Below are positions 7,359 through 15,135 of a stretch of DNA of 21,883 nucleotides, one piece after another. The position numbers and the translations under genes were made by a program. The notes under the pieces are model-generated. The model was not told the DNA's origin. It saw only the letters and a list, made by a program, of their open reading frames with translations, and made no database searches. Origin of the DNA: a candidate division WOR-3 bacterium (GTDB taxonomy: Bacteria > Hydrothermota > Tepidihabitantia > Tepidihabitantales > Tepidihabitantaceae). Where the stretch lies: contig CBFGIT010000040.1 in NCBI GenBank assembly GCA_965648905.1, forward strand, positions 1 to 21,883, in the 5' to 3' direction. The number at the start of each line of letters is the position of its first letter. Within the stretch, counting starts at the first letter, position 1.

Positions 7359-9087
7359 GACCGTGTCCGAGCCGGACACGCTGGAGCTCAAGTACGACCT
7401 GTTCAGCCTGCCGACCGCCCAGCACAAAGCCGGGCTGGTCGGCCTCCTGCTGATGATTGAGTCCATGAAAGCCCGCAAGCTCTCACCTCTGCCCGAAGTC
7501 AGCGACTTGACCGCGACCGGGGTCAGAGTGACGCTCACCCACGCGAGCATGCGGGCGACGTTCGATGACCTGTTCGATGCCTACTGGAGCGAGGAAGAGC
7601 GCCCCCAGAAACTCACGCGCAAGGATGGCAGCGTAATACCGTTCAAACGTGAGGTGACTCGCGATATCATCGACAGAGACGGCAAGACCAAGACAAAGAA
7701 GCACTACGTATACGACATGTTCTATCCAGCCGGGAAGTTCCTTGCCGCGTACTACCCCGACGGAGATGGCGTCTGGCTCAAACTCTGGCGCGACATGATA
7801 TGGAACGTGCTTCGCGGAAAGCCCGCAAGCCGCGGAGTCTACGAAGAGCGCGCCGGCGAGCGAACCAAAGATGGCAACCCGGGAACGCCCAGGCCGTCCT
7901 CTGAGGCCGAGCGGTGGTGGAAGCTCCTGCATAAGGCCCAGAAGTCCCGTGCCAAGGGTATAGTGCTCACGGAAGGTATCGCCAGCTCTGTGTTCGTCGG
8001 CGCACAGGATGTCAGCGCAGAGCGCGTTCCATTCCAAGGCGTGGTCGAGGACAACTTCCTGTTGAACTTCTGGCCGGTCGCGGCACAGGTCTATGTGCCG
8101 CGCCGAACCAAGGTGGACGGCGAAACAGAAGATGTCGGGCACGTCCTCGTCATGGCTGAACCGTCAAGCCTGGACCGTGTCGCCGCGGACATGCAGAATG
8201 CACTCAGAAGTCTCGATACTGCTGCCGCGGGCTACCTGCCACGTGCCGCGCTCATCAGCTTGCCGGCGGAGGGTGAACTGGAGTACTTGCATCATTTCGT
8301 CCACCATCGAGTGAGCCGAGGGCCGCTCCGCGACAGCCTGGCGGCCGTCGAGGCGTATCATGTTCGGCGGAGAGACAAGAGTACTTCTCTCCTCGCCGCC
8401 GAGCGCATCCTGCCGGACGAGCGGGTGCTGCGCGACTACGAGACTCTGCGACAGCAGTGCCGCAATCCGCTCTACCGTTCGCAGCGAATCACCAACCTGC
8501 TGCACGGCGAGAAGTGGTATCAAGGAATGGAATCGGTGTTCAGTCAGTACCCGCGCGAGTTCTTCGTCTGGAAGACCGGTAAGGAGCACGCGACCCCTCG
8601 TAACATCCCCTTCTTCGGGCTTGATGCGAGGACGAAGTTCAGAGCCATCGAAAGCAACTTGAAGCAGATTGGAGGTCAGCCCATGACAGAACAGGACAAA
8701 GACGACCTGCTAGCCCAGCGGGTCTACCGGCTGGTGCAGGAGTACGTGCGCCGCCGCACCGAAGAGAAGTCGGGCGAGAAGTACGACAAGTTCAAGACCA
8801 ACCGCGACGAGAAAGGCCGGGTCAACTATCCCCAGAAGTACCGCGAGGCACTGGAACGAGTCAGTTCCGATGTGTTCCTTGCCATGCGCGGCCGGCGGGA
8901 CAAGGACTTCGTCGAGTACTTCACCGGGACCGTCTGTTCGGTCCCGCAGTTCCTGCCCGAAAACGACTATCTATCGGTAGCCAAGGCTCTAATTGACGAC
9001 TGGAGCAGCGTCAAGGCGCTGGCGATGCTTGCCGTGTCGGCCTGCTCTTATCTCGGTGGAGCCAAAGAAGAAACGGAGGAATCATGA
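7342..9087 (+). CDS. cas8: Cascade large subunit Cas8, Cmx8 family
   Basis: N-terminus LKYDLFSLPTAQHKAGLVGL, plus WLKLWRDMIW..LRG.P and GAQ..SAE.VPF.....NFLL.FWP, typical of Cmx8. It lies between cas3 and cas7. ATG 7342 has SD GGAG (7331-7334) and is preferred to the ORF-track start at 7231. Confidence 0.88.
   Translation: MAKKRETVSEPDTLELKYDLFSLPTAQHKAGLVGLLLMIESMKARKLSPLPEVSDLTATGVRVTLTHASMRATFDDLFDAYWSEEERPQKLTRKDGSVIPFKREVTRDIIDRDGKTKTKKHYVYDMFYPAGKFLAAYYPDGDGVWLKLWRDMIWNVLRGKPASRGVYEERAGERTKDGNPGTPRPSSEAERWWKLLHKAQKSRAKGIVLTEGIASSVFVGAQDVSAERVPFQGVVEDNFLLNFWPVAAQVYVPRRTKVDGETEDVGHVLVMAEPSSLDRVAADMQNALRSLDTAAAGYLPRAALISLPAEGELEYLHHFVHHRVSRGPLRDSLAAVEAYHVRRRDKSTSLLAAERILPDERVLRDYETLRQQCRNPLYRSQRITNLLHGEKWYQGMESVFSQYPREFFVWKTGKEHATPRNIPFFGLDARTKFRAIESNLKQIGGQPMTEQDKDDLLAQRVYRLVQEYVRRRTEEKSGEKYDKFKTNRDEKGRVNYPQKYREALERVSSDVFLAMRGRRDKDFVEYFTGTVCSVPQFLPENDYLSVAKALIDDWSSVKALAMLAVSACSYLGGAKEETEES
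8683..9087 (+). CDS. cas11: Putative Cas11 small subunit translated from an internal in-frame start in cas8 (134 aa)
   Basis: Perfect SD GGAGG at 8671-8675 and an in-frame ATG at 8683. The product MTEQDKDDLLAQRVYRLVQEYV... is the helical-looking C-terminal portion of Cas8. Confidence 0.7.
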   Translation: MTEQDKDDLLAQRVYRLVQEYVRRRTEEKSGEKYDKFKTNRDEKGRVNYPQKYREALERVSSDVFLAMRGRRDKDFVEYFTGTVCSVPQFLPENDYLSVAKALIDDWSSVKALAMLAVSACSYLGGAKEETEES

Positions 9088-10010
9088 ACTTGTTTGGAAC
9101 AATCCTGACCTACACCGCGCCCAGCGCCAACTACCGGGGCGAGAGTGCGGAGAACCGCTCGGTCATCCAGAAGATAACCACCGGCCGTCACGAATACGCC
9201 ATCATCTCCCCCGAGGCCATCCGCAATGCCCTGCGTGAGGCACTGGCCACGCTTGGACTGCCCTGCAATCGTAGGCGCCTCGACGACGAGGAACAGTTGG
9301 CCGTCGAATATCAGACTTTTCCTGACGATGAGCGTTTCGCAGATGACTTCTTCATGGGCTGGCTGGTTGCCGCGAAGGGCAAGGACCGTCAGCGAATCAG
9401 ACAGGAGTTGGGCCAGCGGGCAGGGAGTTTCACCTTCAAGCGCGACTCAATCCTGCGCATGAACATGGCGGTGGCCCTGGAGCCTTACCGCCACGACAGC
9501 GTCTTCACTCAGTCACCGCAGGACAAGACCCCGAAGGAGCGCAAGTCGCACGTCAATGTCGAGAACGCCCAGCTTCTTCACCGCGAGACTGCCTTCACGG
9601 CCTACCAGTACCCGTTCGCCCTCAACCTCGAACAGTGTCGCGCCAAGGCTGACTGGACTAAGACCCTGCTCAGGGCCATCGGCGAACTGAACGAAGTCGC
9701 GGGCAACCAGGCCCGGAGCTACTTCGAGTTCGCACCGGCGAGTATCTCTCTGCGCCTCACTCAGCAGCTTGTGGCTGGCTACGCGACCTACGGCTTCCGC
9801 ATCGAGGAAGACGGCAGGCACGTGCTGCCCGAGGTCGTGGACGGCATCTTGCACGAAGACTACCCGGGCCCCGAGTTCTACCTCGGCGGCAAGCTGGTGA
9901 AGGACATGAACGAGGACACACGCAAGAAGCTGGAACAGAAGGGCGTCCACCTGTTCCGCAGCCCGCAGAAGCTCCTGGCGCAGGTAGGCAACGACGCCTT
10001 CACGGGGTAG
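9084..10010 (+). CDS. cas7: Cas7 backbone subunit (DevR/Cst2 family)
   Basis: MNLFGTILT..APSANYRGE...NRSVIQKI, IISPEAIRNALRE, KRDSILRMNMAVAL.PY and VAGNQARSYFEFAPAS. ATGA overlap with the cas8 stop; SD GGAGG. Confidence 0.9.
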   Translation: MNLFGTILTYTAPSANYRGESAENRSVIQKITTGRHEYAIISPEAIRNALREALATLGLPCNRRRLDDEEQLAVEYQTFPDDERFADDFFMGWLVAAKGKDRQRIRQELGQRAGSFTFKRDSILRMNMAVALEPYRHDSVFTQSPQDKTPKERKSHVNVENAQLLHRETAFTAYQYPFALNLEQCRAKADWTKTLLRAIGELNEVAGNQARSYFEFAPASISLRLTQQLVAGYATYGFRIEEDGRHVLPEVVDGILHEDYPGPEFYLGGKLVKDMNEDTRKKLEQKGVHLFRSPQKLLAQVGNDAFTG

Positions 10011-10014
10011 AGCA

Positions 10015-10701
10015 ATGCTCTACCTCTACCTGCAAGCGCCGTTCGGTGTCTCGCGCACGCTCACTGCAGGCAGCTTTCGTCCGACATCCGAGTTCATCTC
10101 CTACTCCGCCGCGTACGGCCTCCTGCTCAACGTAGCAGGCATCGAGATGCGCCGCGATGACGGCAAGAGCGTAATGACGCTCATCAAGAACGACCTGCCC
10201 AGATTCAAGCTCGCCCTCGGTGCAATCAGCTTCCCGCTCCAGCACAGCATCTACCAGCAGTTGCACAACTACCCGGTCGGCTCCGAGACCGGGAGGAGGT
10301 TCGAGGCCAGCGCCCACGGCAGCAAGTACAACGTCACGCCCACGCGCCGTGCATTCTTCTCCGACGTCAGGGCCTACGTCGCTGTGGACGGGGACGGCAG
10401 GTTCGAGGCGCAGGTGCTGGCCGGGCTGCAGGGCGATTCACCTCGAACCTACGGCCTGCCATTCCTCGGTGACAACAACTTCCTCCTCGACAGGCTGGAG
10501 CAAGTCGAACGGCCAAGACCGGCACACTGGTTCGTGCCGCTGAAACCCGACACTGCCGGTGGTCTGCGTGAACGCGTGACGCGCCTGACCGTCACGATAG
10601 ACCGCGCTGACATGTCACGCACGGTCTCGGCTCTGTTCGTGCCGTCCGAACAGCCAACGGCGGACATCCCGGAAGAGGCATGGGTGCAAATCGGGTACTG
10701 A
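10015..10701 (+). CDS. cas5: Cas5 (DevS/Cmx5 family)
   Basis: L.LQAPFG..R...AGSFRPT...SAAYGLLLNVAGIEMR, QQLHNYPVG and YGLPFLGDNNFLLD. Confidence 0.9.
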   Translation: MLYLYLQAPFGVSRTLTAGSFRPTSEFISYSAAYGLLLNVAGIEMRRDDGKSVMTLIKNDLPRFKLALGAISFPLQHSIYQQLHNYPVGSETGRRFEASAHGSKYNVTPTRRAFFSDVRAYVAVDGDGRFEAQVLAGLQGDSPRTYGLPFLGDNNFLLDRLEQVERPRPAHWFVPLKPDTAGGLRERVTRLTVTIDRADMSRTVSALFVPSEQPTADIPEEAWVQIGY

Positions 10702-10719
10702 CCCGCATCGCCCCGCCGG

Positions 10720-12357
10720 ATGCTTGACGACCACTCGCCGCTGATTCGGGTCTTTGCTCTGCGGACTCTGGAGTACTGCGAGCGCCTGTTCTACCTGGAA
10801 GAAGTCGAGAACATCCAGGTCGCCGATGCCGCAGTCCTGGCCGGCCGCACTCTGCATGTTGAGCTTGAGCAGGGCGAAGAGGGGCGGACGTTCGAGCTGG
10901 CGAGCGAGCGGCTCGGACTCACCGGCAAGGTGGACTGTGTGCGTCACCGTGACGGCCACTGGGTTCCTTATGAGCACAAGCGCGGCCGGGCGCGCCGGGC
11001 CGAAGACGGTAGGGCCGAAGCCTGGCGTGCTGACGTGCTCCAGGTTGCAGCGTACTGCATGCTACTCGAAGACTGCCTGAAGCAACCAGTGCCCGAGGGA
11101 CGTATCCGCTACCACGCTGACAACGAGACCGTGCGCGTACCCCTGGACGATGCTACCCGCCGCATGGTCAGGCTGGCGGTGGCGCGGGCTGCGGAGTTGC
11201 GCGAGTCGACCGAACGGCCGCCGATTACCGCCAACGAAAGGCTCTGCGTCAAGTGCTCGCTTGCCCCGGTCTGTCTGCCCGAGGAAGAAAGGGTCGTGCG
11301 CAATCCGGAATGGGAAGCCCTGCTCCTGTTTCCGCAGTACCCGGACGGCCGCGTCATCCACGTCACCACGCCGGGCAGCACGGTCGGCCGTACCGGCGAG
11401 CAACTGAAAATCACGGTCGAGGGCGAGAAGGACCAGAAATTCCCAATTGAGGACGTCCAGACCCTGGTCATCCACGGCAACTCACAGGCCACGACCCAGG
11501 CCCTGCATCTCTGTGCCTCGCACGGCATCACGGTTCACTGGCTGACCGGCTCGGGCCAGTATGTCGGCTGCATGTCCACCGACTCGGGCAAGGTCCAGCG
11601 CCGCATCCGGCAGTTTCAGGCGCTCTCAGACCCCGGAGTCTGCCTGCGTCTCGCACGCAAGCTCGCCATGGCCCGGGCTGAAGGTCAACTCAAGTATCTC
11701 CTGCGTGCGACGCGGGGTGCCGGTCGGTCGGAGACCGTTGAGAAATCTCTTGCCCAGATGCGTGCCGCACTCAAGGGCATGGCCCATGCCGAAGGCGTGG
11801 ACACGATACGCGGTCATGAAGGCGCTGCGGCCCGGGCCTGGTACGCGACCCTGCCTGAGCTGCTCTCCGGCGCTGTGCCTGCGGAAATGAAACCAGCAGG
11901 CCGCAGCCGACGACCGCCTCAAGACCGTTTCAACGCCCTGCTTTCGTTCGGCTATGCGCTGCTCTATCGCTCGGTAATGCAGGCGCTCATCGCGGTGCAG
12001 CTCGAACCGTCGCTCGGTTTCTACCACACGCCTCGGTCGGCCGCACATCCGCTTGTACTAGACCTGATGGAACTCTTTCGACTGCCGGTCTGGGACATCC
12101 CGCTGATTGGGTCGGTGAACCGCAAGCAGTGGGACCCAAAGGAGGACTTCTCGGTCACGCGCGAACGGGTCTGGCTGAGCGACGCTGGTCGAAAGAAGGC
12201 CATCGGTATCTACGAACGCCGGCTGCACGAAACCTGGAAGCACCCGGTAACCAGGTACTCCCTCTCCTATGCCCGGACCATCGAGCTGGAGGCTCGGCTG
12301 CTTGAAAAGGAGTGGACCGGTACCCCTGGGCTCTTTGCCCAGTCGAGGCTGAGATGA
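10720..12357 (+). CDS. cas1: Cas4-Cas1 fusion (MYXAN-type adaptation protein)
   Basis: Cas4 part: YCERLFY, GKVD...PYEHKRG, QVAAY and CVKCSLAPVCLP (four Fe-S cysteines). Cas1 part: RGHEG.AAR, RPPQDRFNALLSFGY, GFYH and LVLDLMELFR. Confidence 0.93.
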   Translation: MLDDHSPLIRVFALRTLEYCERLFYLEEVENIQVADAAVLAGRTLHVELEQGEEGRTFELASERLGLTGKVDCVRHRDGHWVPYEHKRGRARRAEDGRAEAWRADVLQVAAYCMLLEDCLKQPVPEGRIRYHADNETVRVPLDDATRRMVRLAVARAAELRESTERPPITANERLCVKCSLAPVCLPEEERVVRNPEWEALLLFPQYPDGRVIHVTTPGSTVGRTGEQLKITVEGEKDQKFPIEDVQTLVIHGNSQATTQALHLCASHGITVHWLTGSGQYVGCMSTDSGKVQRRIRQFQALSDPGVCLRLARKLAMARAEGQLKYLLRATRGAGRSETVEKSLAQMRAALKGMAHAEGVDTIRGHEGAAARAWYATLPELLSGAVPAEMKPAGRSRRPPQDRFNALLSFGYALLYRSVMQALIAVQLEPSLGFYHTPRSAAHPLVLDLMELFRLPVWDIPLIGSVNRKQWDPKEDFSVTRERVWLSDAGRKKAIGIYERRLHETWKHPVTRYSLSYARTIELEARLLEKEWTGTPGLFAQSRLR

Positions 12358-12671
12358 GCCGCGGCCGGCCCCGGACGCGTACCGACACCAAAGACTGGTA
12401 TTTGGTCGCTTACGACGTGCGGGATGAGGTACGCCTGCGCAAGGTGGCGAAAGTGATGGAGGGCTTTGGCACGCGGCTGCAGTATAGCGTCTTCCGCTGC
12501 CGGCTCTCTGACCGGGCCAAGGAGCAGATGCGCTGGAAACTATCGCAGGTGATGCAGCCGGACGACGGCCTGCTCATTGCCGGCCTGTGCAACGCGTGTA
12601 TCCAGCGTCTGCGCCAGTCAGACTCGCACGGCGACTGGCCTGAAGACCCGCCGGACTGGGTGACAGTATGA
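12354..12671 (+). CDS. cas2: Cas2
   Basis: YLVAYDVRDEVRLRKV.K..EGFG.RLQYSVFRC. ATG 12354 forms an ATGA overlap with the cas1 stop. Confidence 0.93.
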   Translation: MSRGRPRTRTDTKDWYLVAYDVRDEVRLRKVAKVMEGFGTRLQYSVFRCRLSDRAKEQMRWKLSQVMQPDDGLLIAGLCNACIQRLRQSDSHGDWPEDPPDWVTV

Positions 12672-12934
12672 CCCGGTCAAGCACCGCCTGCTGTGAAGAG
12701 ACGAAGAACGCAGTTGGAACCACATCCAATGGCGTTTCAACGGCTTCCTGCCCCACACGATGCTCGGCGATGCTTGAATGAGAGGCCGGGTGTGGTAGAT
12801 TCAGCTCCACAAGCACTTGCGGAGCGGAACAAGAGAGGAGGTGATGACATTGCTTGTCGTGCGGTCCGACCAGCCCCGGAGCCTGAAATGGCGGGGTACA
12901 AGTCATGGCCAGAGCGCTACGTACGGAGCGGGCG
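12672..12934 (+). promoter_or_regulatory. CRISPR leader with putative promoter
   Basis: Non-coding 263 bp between cas2 and the first repeat. TTGAAT (12774-12779), 16 nt, TAGATT (12796-12801) with an extended -10 TG. Confidence 0.75.
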
Positions 12935-14984
12935 ATGTTGAACCCTCTGATGCCGAAAGGCGTTGAGCACCGTCCTCTACTACTCCAGTAGCCTGCTGTC
13001 TGCTCTATGTTGAACCCTCTGATGCCGAAAGGCGTTGAGCACACAGGCTGACACACAGCCTGGCGTTCGTGAACAAATGTTGAACCCTCTGATGCCGAAA
13101 GGCGTTGAGCACATCAGATTCAGCGTCACGGTTCGTCTGTGGACAATATGTTGAACCCTCTGATGCCGAAAGGCGTTGAGCACGAGGACGACGCAATCAC
13201 GATTGTGCACGGCGGCTCGATATGTTGAACCCTCTGATGCCGAAAGGCGTTGAGCACGTCAAACTGGCCCCGTCCGCTAGCTTGGTCGAGGCATGTTGAA
13301 CCCTCTGATGCCGAAAGGCGTTGAGCACACGACCATATCTGACCAGGTATGAGAGACCTGGAGATATGTTGAACCCTCTGATGCCGAAAGGCGTTGAGCA
13401 CATGGCCATCAGACAACTACCCTTCTGTGCCGGGCCATGTTGAACCCTCTGATGCCGAAAGGCGTTGAGCACTACGACAAGCTCATTCAGGTACGCTCGG
13501 ACTTCACGTATGTTGAACCCTCTGATGCCGAAAGGCGTTGAGCACCGCGATTGCCGGTACTGTTGTCACTGCCACTCGGCAATGTTGAACCCTCTGATGC
13601 CGAAAGGCGTTGAGCACAGTTTTAGTACCTCTGACCTACTCAAAGGTTTCTCTTATGTTGAACCCTCTGATGCCGAAAGGCGTTGAGCACATTGACTTCG
13701 GTTCAAGTAATCCGCTAAACCCCAATATGTTGAACCCTCTGATGCCGAAAGGCGTTGAGCACCGGACCGCACGTAGCGGGTAGGTGTCCACCTGCTGATG
13801 TTGAACCCTCTGATGCCGAAAGGCGTTGAGCACTGGGAAACCGAACCGGTACAGTCCGTCTTCCCACAATGTTGAACCCTCTGATGCCGAAAGGCGTTGA
13901 GCACATTTCTCCGCCGGTCGGATATTCCTGTGGTTCTGTATGTTGAACCCTCTGATGCCGAAAGGCGTTGAGCACGACAGGCGCGGACCGCGTGAGAGTC
14001 AGTGTTCCTAATGTTGAACCCTCTGATGCCGAAAGGCGTTGAGCACCCCAACTCGGCCAACTGTCGCGGCAGCCTGCCCAAATGTTGAACCCTCTGATGC
14101 CGAAAGGCGTTGAGCACGGCACAATGCGCAAGCTCAGCTTCCCGCGCGAAAAGAATGTTGAACCCTCTGATGCCGAAAGGCGTTGAGCACGACAGGTCGC
14201 ACATGACCCGAGCAAGCCGGATGTCATGTTGAACCCTCTGATGCCGAAAGGCGTTGAGCACTCAACGCTCGGTCGAGCAAATCGCCGAGCACGTCCCGGA
14301 TGTTGAACCCTCTGATGCCGAAAGGCGTTGAGCACTCGAACCGGTCGCCCTCGTATTGCCGCACCGGGTCGTTGTATGTTGAACCCTCTGATGCCGAAAG
14401 GCGTTGAGCACTAAATCGTCCCCGCATCAACCGACCCGCCCCCAGAATGTTGAACCCTCTGATGCCGAAAGGCGTTGAGCACCGAAGCTCTCCTCGTCGC
14501 CGCCAAACTGCCCGTCGTCGTATGTTGAACCCTCTGATGCCGAAAGGCGTTGAGCACTTCCTCGCGACGTTCCTGCTGCTGCGCAGTCAGCTATGTTGAA
14601 CCCTCTGATGCCGAAAGGCGTTGAGCACTTGAAAGGTCGGTATAATAGAAACGTGAACAGTGATGTTGAACCCTCTGATGCCGAAAGGCGTTGAGCACTA
14701 CAGCCAGAACGTCCCGTCCAGCAATCCACCCTGGATGTTGAACCCTCTGATGCCGAAAGGCGTTGAGCACTAAAGAGAGTTTGCCTGGCCGAAGTGCGTG
14801 AACGGATGTTGAACCCTCTGATGCCGAAAGGCGTTGAGCACATGCTGCATTCGCTGATGTTCTCATGCTCGAAGACATGTTGAACCCTCTGATGCCGAAA
14901 GGCGTTGAGCACGTCGAACTCATCGTCCGGGTCTGCGCCCCGGACGCGATGTTGAACCCTCTGATGCCGAAAGGCGTTGTACGC
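12935..14984 (+). CRISPR. CRISPR array: 29 repeats of ATGTTGAACCCTCTGATGCCGAAAGGCGTTGAGCAC (36 bp) and 28 unique spacers of 34-40 bp
   Basis: 28 identical repeats from 12935 to 14912. The terminal copy 14949-14984 has a degenerate 3' end (GTTGTACGC). Hairpin GATGCC-GAAA-GGCGTT. Orientation is + because of the leader position, the degenerate distal repeat and the TTGAGCAC 3' end typical of MYXAN/Cmx8 repeats. Confidence 0.98.
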
Positions 14985-15045
14985 CGGCGTCCTTGCAGGT
15001 CTCGGCGGTTGAATCTCGGACATAGACGCAACCGCGCACGTCCGC

Positions 15046-15073
15046 TTGCCTCTGTTTCCGGGCGGTCTATAAT
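15046..15073 (+). promoter_or_regulatory. Putative sigma70 promoter of the C25 peptidase gene
   Basis: TTGCCT (15046-15051), 16 nt, TATAAT (15068-15073). Confidence 0.65.
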
Positions 15074-15135
15074 CTGGAGCCAACGATGAGAATGGCATTA
15101 CCCGATTTGCTCCAATCTGCCGGTCAGGAGGTATC

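Noticed and set aside
6453..7550. 365-aa antisense ORF, and other long shadow ORFs over real genes
   Set aside because: These are typical shadow frames of GC-rich coding DNA and have no recognisable motifs.
15005..15039. Possible relic 30th repeat (GTTGAATCTC...GCAC) and 7-bp inverted repeat GCGGTTG/CAACCGC after the array
   Set aside because: Similarity is confined to the ends, the implied spacer would be only about 21 nt, and there is no U-tract to call a terminator.
3000..15135. Mobile-element signatures for the TA-CRISPR island (CAST genes, integrase, target-site duplication)
   Set aside because: No tns, integrase or transposase ORF and no clear flanking direct repeats were seen. The presence of cas3 and the adaptation module fits a conventional immune system.
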